The translations under genes were made by a program, and so were the position numbers. The notes under the pieces are model-generated. The model was not told the origin of the DNA, did not search any database, and was given only the letters and a program-made list of their open reading frames with translations. From Lama glama (taxonomy: Eukaryota), in NCBI GenBank assembly GCA_028534125.1, contig CM052817.1, forward strand, positions 4,838,001 to 4,902,000: a DNA stretch of 64,000 nucleotides. Reading direction: 5' to 3'. The stretch's first letter is position 1; the number at the start of each line of letters is the position of its first letter. Positions 62,151 to 64,000 of this stretch are shown in pieces.

Positions 62151-63715
62151 TCTAGGGGTTCTTTCTTCTTAAGGCACCATGTAGCTTCTCTAAAATGGTT
62201 TAGCTCTGAGCTTTCTTTCTATCATAGTGGAGAGGATAACACAGTCAGACACACAATTTTCATTATCAGAATAAAGATGTATTCCAGTACCTCAGGGAAA
62301 GCAAATTTTTTGTCCAAGCACTGTCCAAGAAAGGCATCTCTCAAATGGAATCAAGAAAGGCTTCACAGACGAACACTGGGCAGGGTTTTGTGGTACAAAT
62401 AGGAGCTCTCCTGGTGAACAGGAGACAAAGAAAATTCAGGAAAATGGAACATCCCATGCAAAGACGGGGACAACAGTCTGAAACCACCTGGTATGGGAGC
62501 TTGGCTCCAAGGAGTCTAGTATTCGTGGAGCTCAATGTGAGGTTAACTAATTTAATAACGTTGTAAAGTTCAGTCAAGTTGGAAAGCCAAAGAGCAGAGA
62601 AGAGAAAATTTAATTTAAAGAAGTAGAACAAAATCTTATTAAGGTGGACTCCACTAATTTGGAACATGCAGCAATTCAGAGAGGTAAAAACGGTGCATTC
62701 AAGGACTTGATTTATAATGTAAGCAAGATTGGAGGCACCAATTCAAAACCACCTAGGCTATTAACAGGTTTTCAAATATTCGAGAGTACGTGGTCACATA
62801 GCAACAAAGATATGCTAATGACAAACACTCAATATATTCATTAAAATAGGTCCCCATGGTATCGCTCCTGTCTACACCTTATTAGACTTTCTACTTCCTG
62901 TACAATGTTGATGGACATAGACCTGCCTCACTTGAGCTGTTTTTGTGCAAATCACCACCACGCATCCTTAATTTAAATGACACTCACTTCACGCCCGATG
63001 TTTGCTGGACTTGTGCCATCCATCTTCACTTTAATGTCCCATAAAGGATCTCCATAAGGCCCGAGACCCCTTTGAGTTTAACATCCAGACACAAAACCTG
63101 TGACTGGCTCAGGCATCGTCAGAAACCTCATTATTCCCGGTACAGATCTCAAGGGTGCGGACAAAATGGAAATTGGCAGCGCGGTATAGACTGATTTTCC
63201 CTCTCACTGCACCTCATACAGAAGTGCATAATTTGGAGGGAAAGACAAGATTCACCACCTCTGTATAAACGCTGTGCACAACGGGAATCCTAAACCAGCC
63301 CAACACCAAGATCTGCCATTGTACCTCCCACCCAAATGCAATGCGAGGACCCGGTGTTTGGACTTGACGTGATGAGAAGGCCAAGCTCTTGCGCCTTTGC
63401 TCACACGGTACCTCCACTGATTCTTCCTTCTTCTCTCCTGCTTCCTGGAATCTTGTCTCTTCCTCTGGATGGAGTGTGACGTCATTACCTCAAGGACTGT
63501 CGGGGGAAACGTGGACCACATGCCTGGAGGTGCTGCGATGGAGGAGCATGGGGCCCAAGTCCATCCCTCTCTCCTGCTAAACAGATCACTCCCCTAGAGA
63601 ATGAAGCACAGTGTCTTTCTTCTACTTGTCTCTCAGGACACAACTCAAGTACTTATTCAAAAGCCTTCACTGAACTCAAAGACACAGGTATTAAAAAAAA
63701 AAAAACAACCAACTA

Positions 63716-63815
63716 GGTGTGGTGGGTATAGCTCAGTGGAAGAGCGCAGGCTTAGCATGCCTGAGGTCCTGGGTTCAATCCCCAGTACCTCCATTAAAAT
63801 ACATAACTAAATAAA
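63716..63815 (+). mobile_element. tRNA-derived SINE (camelid Vic-1-like)
   Basis: gggtatagctcagtggaagagcgcaggcttagcatgcctgaggtcctgggttcaatccccagtacctccattaaaa, with A-box tagctcagtgg and B-box ggttcaatcc. Confidence 0.9.
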
Positions 63816-64000
63816 GCATACACATAGTACACCAGAAACTGGAAAAAAAAACCTATGTGGTACCATCTTGTTTTGCCCATTAAATTAGCTGGTGAAAAGG
63901 TGATGAAAGAGGCATTTGTAGAGACTGCTTGTTCAGTGGTCGTATTTTGAAATGTCATTTCATAGTATGTCTCAAAAAACTCTTTTGGTCCAAGGTGTTG

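Noticed and set aside
62420..62540. Possible CR1/L3 fragment
   Set aside because: Similarity is too weak to call by eye.
63716..63790. tRNA-Ala-like gene (A and B boxes present)
   Set aside because: One of five diverged dispersed copies with A-rich tails, several with TSDs. It is a SINE, not a tRNA gene.

Overview
Mammalian non-coding DNA, most likely from a camelid (alpaca, llama or camel): five copies of a tRNA-derived SINE resemble the camelid Vic-1 type. Much of the window is interspersed repeat: old and young L1 pieces, L2, MIR, an L3/CR1 fragment, MaLR/ERVL/ERV1 solo LTRs, a ~3.4 kb Charlie-family hAT transposon with decayed transposase, and MER2, MER5 and MER58 MITEs. There is a 500-N assembly gap at 30339-30838. 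I recognise no known protein-coding gene, rRNA, true tRNA or CRISPR array, and I cannot support a claim of a new biological system. The best leads are (1) repeat-free islands carrying PBX/MEIS, homeodomain and Forkhead motifs that look like developmental enhancers; (2) localised AT-to-GC, CpG-gaining rewriting of old repeats, suggesting GC-biased gene conversion; (3) a 318-codon ATG ORF behind a strong splice acceptor; (4) a 73-bp tandem duplication carrying a CTCF-like site; and (5) cleanly readable nested or inverted retrotransposon insertions with target-site duplications (TSDs). Repeat family names come from remembered consensus sequences, not a database search. Boundaries without a quoted TSD or terminal repeat are approximate.
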